Shown in pieces: positions 27,051 through 35,421 of a stretch of 64,000 bases of DNA. Positions within the stretch are counted from its first letter, which is position 1; each line of letters begins with the position of its first letter. Source of the stretch: Minisyncoccota bacterium (GTDB lineage: Bacteria; Patescibacteriota; Minisyncoccia; Phycocordibacterales; CALRHW01); contig JAXLZT010000001.1 in assembly GCA_046350795.1 (NCBI GenBank), forward strand, positions 389,164 to 453,163, in the 5' to 3' direction. The notes under the pieces were generated by a model that searched no databases, was not told the origin of the DNA, and saw only the letters and a list, made by a program, of their open reading frames with translations. A program made the translations under genes and the position numbers.

Positions 27051-29333
27051 ATGTATCTAAAAGGTCTGGAAATTTCAGGTTTTAAATCTTTTGCTAAAAA
27101 GAGCAATTTGGAATTTACTACACCTATTTCTGCTATTGTTGGACCCAACGGTTCTGGTAAATCAAATATTGCTGAAGCTTTTAGATTTGTTCTTGGTGAA
27201 CAATCTATAAAATCTTTGCGTGGAAAAAAAGGTGAAGATTTGATTTTTAATGGAAGTACAGAGGTTGGTCGATCAAATCGCGCTTCTGTAAAAGTTGTTT
27301 TTGATAATGCGCGTAGATTTTTGAATATTGATTTTGATGAGGTTTCTATAGAGCGCGTCGTTCATCGTGATGGTGTAAACGAATATTTTATAAACGGTAG
27401 TCAGGTGAGGCTCAAAGATATTATCGAGCTCCTTGCTGGTGCGCACATTGGCTCATCTGGGCACCATATTATTTCTCAGGGTGAGGCGGATAAAATTTTG
27501 AATGCAAATTTGCGAGAGAGGCGTTCAATGATAGAAGATGCTCTCGGATTAAAGATATATCAATACAAAAGACAAGAAAGCGAGAGAAAATTAGAGAAGA
27601 CAGAAGAAAATATTAAATCTGTAGAATCTTTGAGAAAAGAGGTCGCTCCGCATCTGAGATTTTTGAAAAAGCAGGTAGAGAAGGTTGAAAAAACTATGCA
27701 GATGAAAGAGGAGCTAAAGACTCTTTATTTGGAATATTTCAAAAGAGAAGACGATTATATAAAAAGAGCGAAAGAACAAAATGAGAAGGAGCGCGCGCCA
27801 CTACAGAGCGAGCTCGAAGCGCTCGAGGCGGACTTGGCGCGCGCGAAAAAAACCCTCGAAGACTCTACCGGAAAGGATAAAAAAAGTTTGGAGGTTATTG
27901 GTATTGAGGAAAACATCAGAAAAGTCAGAAATGCAAAAGACGCTTTGTTTAGAGACTTGGGCAGAATAGAAGGAGAGATATCTTCAGAGGAAAGAATAAT
28001 CAAAAAGCAAAAAGAGATCGCTCATTCTGAAGAGGGTAAAATGGTTAGCTTGAAAGACGTAGAAGGTTTTGCTAATGAAGTCGTAAAAAATGTTGAAAGC
28101 GCAGAAACCCTAAATGATTTAAATCAAATAAAGAAACTTTTCCAAAACATAAAAGAAATAGTTGTTAGTTTTATTTCAAAAAACAGGACACAAGTAAATG
28201 ATTCTCTCGTAAAAGAATCAGAGGAGCACATTGCTTCACTTCGTGCACAGAAAAAAGATTTAGAAAAACAAGCTTCTGATTTTGAAAAAGAAGAAAAGGA
28301 TCTGCAGGATAAATACAGTTTACTTCGTGCAGAAATAGAAAAAGAAAAAGACACAAACAGAGAGGCTGAAAGGCAAATGTTTGCTTTGATGAATAAGCAA
28401 AATGAGATCATTTCAAAAATGAACATCATTAAAGGTTCTCTGGAAAAATTGCGACTAGAAGAGGATGATTTTAGAAGAGAGCTCGGTGAGGCCGGTGTCT
28501 TGATAGGTAGAGCTGTCCTCGACTTTTCTTCTTTTACACTTCCACCCGTATCTATAGATATGTACGGAAAAGATGAGCCAAGGAGCGCCCAAGAGGATCG
28601 ACGTCGCGCTATTGAAAAAATAAAGATTCGCATAGAAGACGCTGGCGGTGGATCGAGCGATGAAATAATGAAGGAGTATAGAGAGGTAAGTGAGCGTGAT
28701 ACTTTTTTGGAAAGAGAGTTGGAGGATTTGCAAAAATCTGCGATTTCACTCAAGGCGCTTATTGTAGAACTCGATGAAAAACTTACAACAGAGTTTAAAA
28801 ATGGAGTAGAAAAAATAAACGTTCAATTTCAGGAATTCTTTTCTTTGATGTTTGGTGGTGGCAACGCAGAGCTTGTTGTGGTGAAAGAAAAAAAGAAAAA
28901 ACGCGCAGAAAACGACGCTGATATTTTTAGTGTATTGGAGATGGATGAAAATCAAATACCAGAAGAAGAGGATGGAGAGGAAGGTTTGGATATAAGCGTA
29001 AGTTTACCTCGCAAAAAAATAAAAGGCCTCGTGATGCTTTCTGGAGGCGAGAGAGCACTTACATCTATTGCTCTACTTTTTGCTGTTTCTCAGGTAAATC
29101 CTCCTCCATTTATTATTTTGGATGAAACAGATGCCGCTTTGGATGAAGCAAATTCAAAAAAGTATGGAGATATGATAGAAAATCTTTCAAAGTATTCTCA
29201 ACTTATTTTAATTACACACAATCGTGAGACTATGTCTCGAGCAGGAATATTGTATGGAGTGACAATGACATCTGGAGGTGTATCAAAGTTACTTTCTATT
29301 GAGTTTGAAGAGGCTGTGGCGGTGGCAAAATAA
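27051..29333 (+). CDS. smc: SMC-family chromosome segregation ATPase (short form)
   Basis: Walker A GPNGSGKSN, long coiled coil, signature LSGGERALTSIALLFA and Walker B ILDETDAALD. Confidence 0.8.
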   Translation: MYLKGLEISGFKSFAKKSNLEFTTPISAIVGPNGSGKSNIAEAFRFVLGEQSIKSLRGKKGEDLIFNGSTEVGRSNRASVKVVFDNARRFLNIDFDEVSIERVVHRDGVNEYFINGSQVRLKDIIELLAGAHIGSSGHHIISQGEADKILNANLRERRSMIEDALGLKIYQYKRQESERKLEKTEENIKSVESLRKEVAPHLRFLKKQVEKVEKTMQMKEELKTLYLEYFKREDDYIKRAKEQNEKERAPLQSELEALEADLARAKKTLEDSTGKDKKSLEVIGIEENIRKVRNAKDALFRDLGRIEGEISSEERIIKKQKEIAHSEEGKMVSLKDVEGFANEVVKNVESAETLNDLNQIKKLFQNIKEIVVSFISKNRTQVNDSLVKESEEHIASLRAQKKDLEKQASDFEKEEKDLQDKYSLLRAEIEKEKDTNREAERQMFALMNKQNEIISKMNIIKGSLEKLRLEEDDFRRELGEAGVLIGRAVLDFSSFTLPPVSIDMYGKDEPRSAQEDRRRAIEKIKIRIEDAGGGSSDEIMKEYREVSERDTFLERELEDLQKSAISLKALIVELDEKLTTEFKNGVEKINVQFQEFFSLMFGGGNAELVVVKEKKKKRAENDADIFSVLEMDENQIPEEEDGEEGLDISVSLPRKKIKGLVMLSGGERALTSIALLFAVSQVNPPPFIILDETDAALDEANSKKYGDMIENLSKYSQLILITHNRETMSRAGILYGVTMTSGGVSKLLSIEFEEAVAVAK

Positions 29334-29337
29334 TCTA

Positions 29338-29366
29338 TTGACAAATTTTTGTGAGTGTTGTTTACT
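29338..29366 (+). promoter_or_regulatory. sigma70-like promoter TTGACA-17-TTTACT
   Basis: Consensus -35 immediately after the smc stop codon. Palindrome ATTTGAG-N8-CTCAAAT at 29396-29417. SD AAAAAGGAG at 29455-29463. Confidence 0.4.
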
Positions 29367-29469
29367 ATTTAAGGGTTCTTTGTGAAAGAATCATCATTTG
29401 AGATCGTATGCTCAAATCCAGTCGCCTTCGAGATAATTTCAAAAAGGCTAACAGAAAAAGGAGCACATC

Positions 29470-30237
29470 ATGAAAGCATGGACTCAAGTCCCCGCTGGCG
29501 ACATCAATGCCGCCAATCAACGTCTGTGGGGAGCGATCGGCGACAACGCCGAAGAGGTCGCAGCCCGCATCAACACCGACCCTGCGTTCGTGGCGAACAT
29601 CGCACGACTCATGGTCAATGGCGGTTACGAGCCGTCAACGTCACAGAAGCTCGCCCGCGAGATCATGGGCAAGAACTTCTTCGGTATCGAGGAGGCGATC
29701 AAACACTTCGGGGTTAATCCCACGAAGCAACAGCTCGCTTGCTTGGCTGAAGTTCCGTGGAGCGAGGAAGTGCTGAAGTCATGCAAGGACACGCACGTTC
29801 TCGTCGCCGTCTTTCCGCTGTCGATCCTCGACATCCGTGGACACGCCCGAAAGCAGTCCGACCGGACCCTGTTTTACTCACAGGACTGGTATGACAAGCA
29901 GGCCTTCGCCAAGGACAAGGGCGAAGTCGGCTGGCAGTTGGTCCGCAAGGAACCGATCGCCAACTCGACCTCGAAGATGTGGAACGATCAACAGGCACTC
30001 CTCTCGAAAGACGAGGAAACTCCGACTGCTCGGATCGTGGTTTACACCATGGTCGGCCACCTCCTCGCTACTGGAGAGCGTCTGTTCGAGAAGATCTACG
30101 TTCGTTGCGTCGATCTCGACTCGGACGGTGACCGCGTCAGCGTCCGCGGCTTCGATGCCGGGGGTCTCGTCGTCTACGGCTGGTGCGGCGGCGACCGCGA
30201 TTTCAGCATCGGCTTGTCGGCTGCCAGGAAGCAGTGA
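29470..30237 (+). CDS. very GC-rich hypothetical protein (255 aa)
   Basis: Long ORF in a stretch of about 60% GC. The alternative-frame ORFs are GC-content artefacts. No recognisable motif. Confidence 0.5.
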   Translation: MKAWTQVPAGDINAANQRLWGAIGDNAEEVAARINTDPAFVANIARLMVNGGYEPSTSQKLAREIMGKNFFGIEEAIKHFGVNPTKQQLACLAEVPWSEEVLKSCKDTHVLVAVFPLSILDIRGHARKQSDRTLFYSQDWYDKQAFAKDKGEVGWQLVRKEPIANSTSKMWNDQQALLSKDEETPTARIVVYTMVGHLLATGERLFEKIYVRCVDLDSDGDRVSVRGFDAGGLVVYGWCGGDRDFSIGLSAARKQ

Positions 30238-30275
30238 TTCTTGATCCCTTGAGGGCTTGTCCTTCTTGAACACTT

Positions 30276-30318
30276 GAGCCTCCGCGAAGTTTTTTTGCGG
30301 AGGCTCTTTCTTTTTAAA
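30276..30318 (+). terminator. hairpin GAGCCTCCGC...GCGGAGGCTC followed by TTTCTTTTTAAA
   Basis: 10-bp GC stem. Convergent with the rnr stop codon. Confidence 0.55.
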
Positions 30319-32236
30319 TCAAAATAAAATCAAGAGTCTTTCTATCTAAATCTGCATTTGTTACCTTAAATTTCACCTTATCTCCGAGAGAGTATTTTTT
30401 ACCAGTTTTTGTTCCTATTAGTGAGTAATTTTTTTCATCGAGTTCGTATGTATCGTCTTTCATATCACGAATCTTTGCCATTCCTTCACATTTTGTTTCT
30501 GTCTCTTCAATATAAATACCCCATTCACTAATACCAGAAATAGTACCTTCAAACTCTTGTCCGATTCGACTACTCATGTACTCTACTTGTTTGTATTTTA
30601 TAGAAGCTCTCTCTGCTTCTGCAGCAGAAATTTCTTGCTCTGATGCTTCCATAGAAATTTTTTCATATTTCTCAAATTCGTTTTGCTCAACTTTTCCTTT
30701 TGTCAGTTGTCTCTGAAGCAATCTGTGCACTATTAGATCTGGATATCTACGAATAGGGGAAGTGAAATGTGTATAGTATTCAAAGCCTAGACCAAAGTGA
30801 CCAATGTTGCGAGTAGAGTAAATAGCTTTTGCCATTGATCGTAGAGTTGCTGTTTTTATTAGGGATTCAGATGATGAACCCTCTACTTTTTTTAGCATAG
30901 CGCTTATATCTTTTGCTGAAACATTTCCGTCTTTTTGTTTAAGTTCAAAACCAAGTGCCTTTAAAAAGATTGCTAGATTAGCGATTTTTTCTGAGTTTGG
31001 TTCTGGGTGAATTCGATAAACAAAAGCTTCACCTTTTTTACTTTTTTCATTTACCTCAAAAACAACCTGCGCCACTTCGCGGTTTGCAAGGAGCATATAC
31101 TCTTCTACGAGCTTGTGCGTATCGAGGCGTGCCTTTTTGTATACGCGTATAGGAACACCCTTTTCATCTAGCTCAAATCGCACTTCTTCTGTTTCAAAAT
31201 CGATTGCTCCATTTTGTTTTCTCTCTTCTTGCATTATTTTTGCAATCTTGTTGAGTGTGTCCAACTCTTTCCACCACTCCATACTTCCACCACTGTTTAT
31301 GGTTTCCTGAGCATTTTCATATGCAAATCTTTTATTGGAGTTTATTATTGTTTTTCCAAACCATCTTTCTTTTATTTTTGCGTCTTTTGTCATTACAAAG
31401 ACAGAAGAGAAAGCAAATTTGTCTTCGTGAGGATTTAGACTACACATATCGTTTGAGAGAATTTCTGGGAGCATCGGTATTGTCCTGTCTACCAAATATA
31501 CTGAAAAACCTCTTTTGCGAGCTTCTTTGTCTAAAACACTTCCTTCGGTGACAAAGTGAGATACGTCAGCTATATGCACTCCTATTTCATAATCACCGTT
31601 TGGTAATTCTTTAAAAGAGATTGCATCATCAAAATCTTTTGCATCTACAGGATCAATGGTGAAAGTCGCTGTATCACGAAAATCTTTTCTCTTTTTAACT
31701 TCTTCTGCAAAGTTTGCGCGGGCAATTTCTGATGCTCTTTTTGCTTCTTCTTCTACTTCTGGTGGAAAATCAGTATCAAAACCTTTTTCTAAAACGATAG
31801 ATTGCATCTCTACATCATGCACACCTTTCTTTCCTAGCACACGTAGTACTTCGCCGACAGGGCTACTTTTTACATCTTTCCATTCTGCGATTCGTACAAA
31901 TATTTTGTCTCCATGCTGTGCGCCGTTTGTTTTTGTTGGATCAATGAGAATGTCTTTGTACAATCTTTTATCGTCGGCTATTAGGTATAGCCCCTTTTCG
32001 TCTTTATCAGCTACTCCGACAAAGGACATTTTGTTGCGCTTTATTATTTTTACTACTTGACCTTGTTGACGTACGCCTTTTACAGGGGGAAGAAGCTCGA
32101 CTTCTACTTCGTCGTCGTTTAAGGCTGTTTTTAGGAGATGTGTTTGTATCTCGATGTCTTCTTCTACTCCTTCTACCGGCAGGTATCCTATGGCTTTTGA
32201 AGTGATCTTTATGTGTCCGGAAACTTTGTTATTCAT
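30314..32236 (-). CDS. rnr: ribonuclease R
   Basis: Cold-shock/OB N-terminus, RNB catalytic domain and C-terminal S1 domain. Confidence 0.85.
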   Translation of the reverse strand: MNNKVSGHIKITSKAIGYLPVEGVEEDIEIQTHLLKTALNDDEVEVELLPPVKGVRQQGQVVKIIKRNKMSFVGVADKDEKGLYLIADDKRLYKDILIDPTKTNGAQHGDKIFVRIAEWKDVKSSPVGEVLRVLGKKGVHDVEMQSIVLEKGFDTDFPPEVEEEAKRASEIARANFAEEVKKRKDFRDTATFTIDPVDAKDFDDAISFKELPNGDYEIGVHIADVSHFVTEGSVLDKEARKRGFSVYLVDRTIPMLPEILSNDMCSLNPHEDKFAFSSVFVMTKDAKIKERWFGKTIINSNKRFAYENAQETINSGGSMEWWKELDTLNKIAKIMQEERKQNGAIDFETEEVRFELDEKGVPIRVYKKARLDTHKLVEEYMLLANREVAQVVFEVNEKSKKGEAFVYRIHPEPNSEKIANLAIFLKALGFELKQKDGNVSAKDISAMLKKVEGSSSESLIKTATLRSMAKAIYSTRNIGHFGLGFEYYTHFTSPIRRYPDLIVHRLLQRQLTKGKVEQNEFEKYEKISMEASEQEISAAEAERASIKYKQVEYMSSRIGQEFEGTISGISEWGIYIEETETKCEGMAKIRDMKDDTYELDEKNYSLIGTKTGKKYSLGDKVKFKVTNADLDRKTLDFILI

Positions 32237-32316
32237 TTATAGAACTATAGCAGATTGGGCATAAAACGGAAATATTGGGTTTGACCAAATACAGCCTTTC
32301 TGTTAAGATAACCGCC

Positions 32317-32727
32317 ATGTTAAAAATCAGATTACAGAGAGTAGGAAGAAAGCACGAACCGACTTTTCGGCTCGTTTTGTCTGACTCAAAAAATAGTCCA
32401 AAGAGTGGAAAGACTCTAGAAACTTTGGGTGCATATGATTCTCGTCGAGGTGAAAAAGCAGAGTTTAAAAATGATCGCATTAAGCACTGGATTTCTAAGG
32501 GCGCACAGCTTTCTGGTACAGTTCACAATCTTTTGGTGTCAAAAAAGGTAATCGAAGGAAAGAAAATAAACGTTCTTCCAAAAAAGAAACCTATTGCAAA
32601 AGAAGGGGGTGAAACTCCTGCAGCTCCGGTAGCACCAGCGGCTCCAGCCGAAGCACCTGTAGCAGAAGTAGCACCTGCTCCTGAAGCGCCAACTGAAACT
32701 CCAGCACCAGAATCTACACAAGCTTAA
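32317..32727 (+). CDS. rpsP: ribosomal protein S16 with Ala/Pro/Glu-rich C-terminal extension
   Basis: MLKIRLQRVGRKHEPTFRLV N-terminus. Start moved to the internal Met. Confidence 0.75.
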   Translation: MLKIRLQRVGRKHEPTFRLVLSDSKNSPKSGKTLETLGAYDSRRGEKAEFKNDRIKHWISKGAQLSGTVHNLLVSKKVIEGKKINVLPKKKPIAKEGGETPAAPVAPAAPAEAPVAEVAPAPEAPTETPAPESTQA

Positions 32728-32740
32728 ACAAAAAATAAAA

Positions 32741-32785
32741 ACAGTCTCTAGTGAAGAGGCTGTTTTTATTTTGTTGTAACTTATC
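32741..32785 (+). terminator. intrinsic terminator after rpsP
   Basis: CAGUCUCU...AGAGGCUG stem followed by TTTTTATTTTG (host-style tail). Confidence 0.45.
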
Positions 32786-32885
32786 CGTTGACTCTATATT
32801 TGCGTATTATAAAATTATACTAGCAGTATAAAAGTCGCACACTGCACGCAAGAATTCTTATTAGTTAGTACCTTTAGAAAATTTT

Positions 32886-33200
32886 ATGCAAGAACAAGAC
32901 GCACAGTTTTTAGAATATGTAGTAAAGGCTTTGGTAGACAATCCAAACGATGTGAAAATCAAGAGAACAGTAGATGAAATGGGTGTTTTAATGAATCTAG
33001 ATGTAAATCCTGCAGATATGGGAAAGATAATCGGACGAGAGGGAAACACAGCAAAGGCTATCCGCACACTATTGCGAGTAGTGGGAATGAAAAATAACGC
33101 TAGAGTAAATCTAAAGATCAATGAGCCAGAAGGGGGAATGAGAACAGAAATGAAGGCTTCAAAGACTGTGGATGAGGCGATGGAGGATTTGAAGATTTAA
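32886..33200 (+). CDS. KH-domain RNA-binding protein (YlqC/UPF0109-like)
   Basis: GxxG-containing KH motif IIGREGNTAKAIRTLL. Conserved position between rpsP and trmD. Confidence 0.7.
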   Translation: MQEQDAQFLEYVVKALVDNPNDVKIKRTVDEMGVLMNLDVNPADMGKIIGREGNTAKAIRTLLRVVGMKNNARVNLKINEPEGGMRTEMKASKTVDEAMEDLKI

Positions 33201-33362
33201 GTAAAAGTGGATAAAAACAAAAAGGGTGTTGAGAAAAGACTCGCGCAGGCGCGACGGCGCCGAGCGGAGCAGCAATCCCAGCAGGGATTGACGCGTGCTT
33301 TTCGAGACACTCTTTTTGTTTTTATACTTGTTTTTTCTTGAATTTTGTGGTTTAATCACCGC

Positions 33363-34007
33363 ATGAATTTTCACATCATTACGTTGTTTCCAGACGCTTT
33401 CAGCTCGTATCTAGGCGAGTCTATTATTAAACGTGCAATAGAAGACAAAAAAATTCGCATTAAATTTTACAATCCTCGCGACTTTAGTGACGACAAATGG
33501 AAACGTGTGGATCAAAAGCCGTACGGCGGTGGCCCTGGTATGGTGATACAAGCTTTGCCCGTTGCAAAAGCTATAGCTAAAGCGAAAGGCAAAAAACCGG
33601 CAAAAATAATTTTCCTTTCTCCAAGCGGAAAGCAATTTACAAATGAATATGCAAAAACGACAGCAAAAAAATACAAAGACATCATAATAGTCTCTGGTCG
33701 TTATGAAGGTATCGATGCCCGAGTGAAAAAGATGTTTAAAATGGAAGATGTTTCTGTCGGACCGTTTGTGCTCACGGGCGGAGAGTTGCCGGCGATGCTC
33801 ATGATTGACTGTATTGCTCGACAGGTGAAAGGCGTGCTCGGCTCTATCGACTCATTAGAAGAATCACGTGTAGCTAGTCCAGATGTGTATACACGTCCAG
33901 AAGTTGTGTCTTTCAAAAAGAAAAATTATCGTGTGCCCAAAATTCTCCTTTCCGGTAATCATGCAAAAATCGACGAGTGGCGAGAGGGTAGAAAAAATAG
34001 GCTGTAA
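33363..34007 (+). CDS. trmD: tRNA (guanine37-N1)-methyltransferase
   Basis: MNFHIITLFPD...YGGGPGMV SPOUT/TrmD motifs. Confidence 0.85.
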   Translation: MNFHIITLFPDAFSSYLGESIIKRAIEDKKIRIKFYNPRDFSDDKWKRVDQKPYGGGPGMVIQALPVAKAIAKAKGKKPAKIIFLSPSGKQFTNEYAKTTAKKYKDIIIVSGRYEGIDARVKKMFKMEDVSVGPFVLTGGELPAMLMIDCIARQVKGVLGSIDSLEESRVASPDVYTRPEVVSFKKKNYRVPKILLSGNHAKIDEWREGRKNRL

Positions 34008-34064
34008 TATGAAGTTATTGAGCACGTCTCAATAAGCGTGATATCAATAAATAACAATATTTTA

Positions 34065-35222
34065 ATGAAAAAACTTTTAATACCGGTGTTTCTGGGAACT
34101 TTTCTTTTTATGGGTTTTATCTCAGTGGCAAAAGCTGAGATCATCATGAATCTAGCTCAGACTCAGGAGGCTATTAGGACGGTTCAAGCTGATTCATCAA
34201 TGAGTCCAGAAATTAAGCAGTCAATCATTGCTTCTTTGCAGGACAAAGTAAAGATGTTTATGTTATCAAACACTTTTAAAAATGATCTTACCCTGGGCAG
34301 TACCGGTCCAGAAGTTGTTGCTTTACAAACACGTCTTGAGGGCGATGGTTTTTTGAAAATGCCAGCTGGTGTTTCTAAGGGTTATTTCGGTATGGCCACT
34401 AAAGCCGCATTAGAGAATTATCAGAATAAATATGAAGTAAATAAACATTTACCTGAAAATGAAAAAGAAATTGGTATCGTTGGTCGAAATACACGAATGA
34501 ATCTCAATCAAACAATGCCAGTAACAATCGATAATCAAATAATTGTTTCGGGTAATGATTATGAAGTTTGGGTTAAAGATGTTGATCAGGCGATTCTCTG
34601 GAGAGGTGGTCGTACAGACAAAAAAGTAAATGTTTACCTTATAAGTGAGTCTGGAAATGAGACATACAAAATAGGAAAGGATTTAACGGTTAGAGCTTCA
34701 GGTGGTCTGACCCAAGGTTATTTTATTTTTAAATCGGAAGAAAATCCAGAAGTAAAAAAAGAGCAAAAGTATTTTGTTAAAGTTTGTCAGGGTTCAAACT
34801 GTGATATGGGCGATAGACCAATTTTCTACACCGAAACTTCACCAATAAAAATTATTTCACCAGTAGAAGGAGAGACCTGGAAAACGGGAAAAACAAAAAA
34901 CATGAACATAAAATGGGAGACGACGGGTTCTGCTGATGTTGATTATGTAAATGTTGCTATTGATGGATACGATAGTTGGGTTGGGGGTTTTAATTTTTGT
35001 GCACAATGGCCTTACTGCATTGGATTGGTGTCAGCTGTGGATCCTGGCCAATCAACTTTATTTAAAGAAAAGATGCCAGCCAATGGTACATATAAATTTA
35101 AGTTTCCCAAACAAAATCAGCCAGATACGCATACTATAAAAATAACTGCTTATAAAAACGGGGAAGACGGAAGGTCTTTTGTGGTTGGATATGACATTCG
35201 TACGGTTAATGTTGTGAAGTAG
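34065..35222 (+). CDS. secreted protein with peptidoglycan-binding (PG_binding_1-like) domain
   Basis: Signal peptide. LTLGSTGPEVVALQTRLEGDGF...GYFGMATKAALENYQ motif. Confidence 0.5.
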   Translation: MKKLLIPVFLGTFLFMGFISVAKAEIIMNLAQTQEAIRTVQADSSMSPEIKQSIIASLQDKVKMFMLSNTFKNDLTLGSTGPEVVALQTRLEGDGFLKMPAGVSKGYFGMATKAALENYQNKYEVNKHLPENEKEIGIVGRNTRMNLNQTMPVTIDNQIIVSGNDYEVWVKDVDQAILWRGGRTDKKVNVYLISESGNETYKIGKDLTVRASGGLTQGYFIFKSEENPEVKKEQKYFVKVCQGSNCDMGDRPIFYTETSPIKIISPVEGETWKTGKTKNMNIKWETTGSADVDYVNVAIDGYDSWVGGFNFCAQWPYCIGLVSAVDPGQSTLFKEKMPANGTYKFKFPKQNQPDTHTIKITAYKNGEDGRSFVVGYDIRTVNVVK

Positions 35223-35230
35223 GTCACTAT

Positions 35231-35259
35231 TTGACAAAAAACGGCCTATAGTCTATACT
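35231..35259 (+). promoter_or_regulatory. sigma70-like promoter TTGACA-17-TATACT for the rpoBC operon
   Basis: Near-consensus hexamers. Followed by three TTAGCAA direct repeats (35288-35320) and a leader hairpin at 35367-35397. Confidence 0.4.
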
Positions 35260-35421
35260 TTTCGCAATTGCAAAGATTGAGTTACGGTTAGCAATACATT
35301 AGCAAAATTGTATTTAGCAAATCTTGCCAGCATACAATAATTAAATTATCAGCCAAATTATTAGAACACCTCTAAAAAGGTGGTTTTTGTGTTTTTGTTA
35401 GTAATTTTTTAATAAAAAGAT

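Noticed and set aside
29382-30273. Alternative-frame ORFs (29382..29717, 29507..29776, 29837..30244, 29878..30273 and others) inside the 255-aa island gene
   Set aside because: R/P/S/A-rich translations typical of off-frame GC-rich DNA. Only the 29470..30237 frame has an SD and a promoter.
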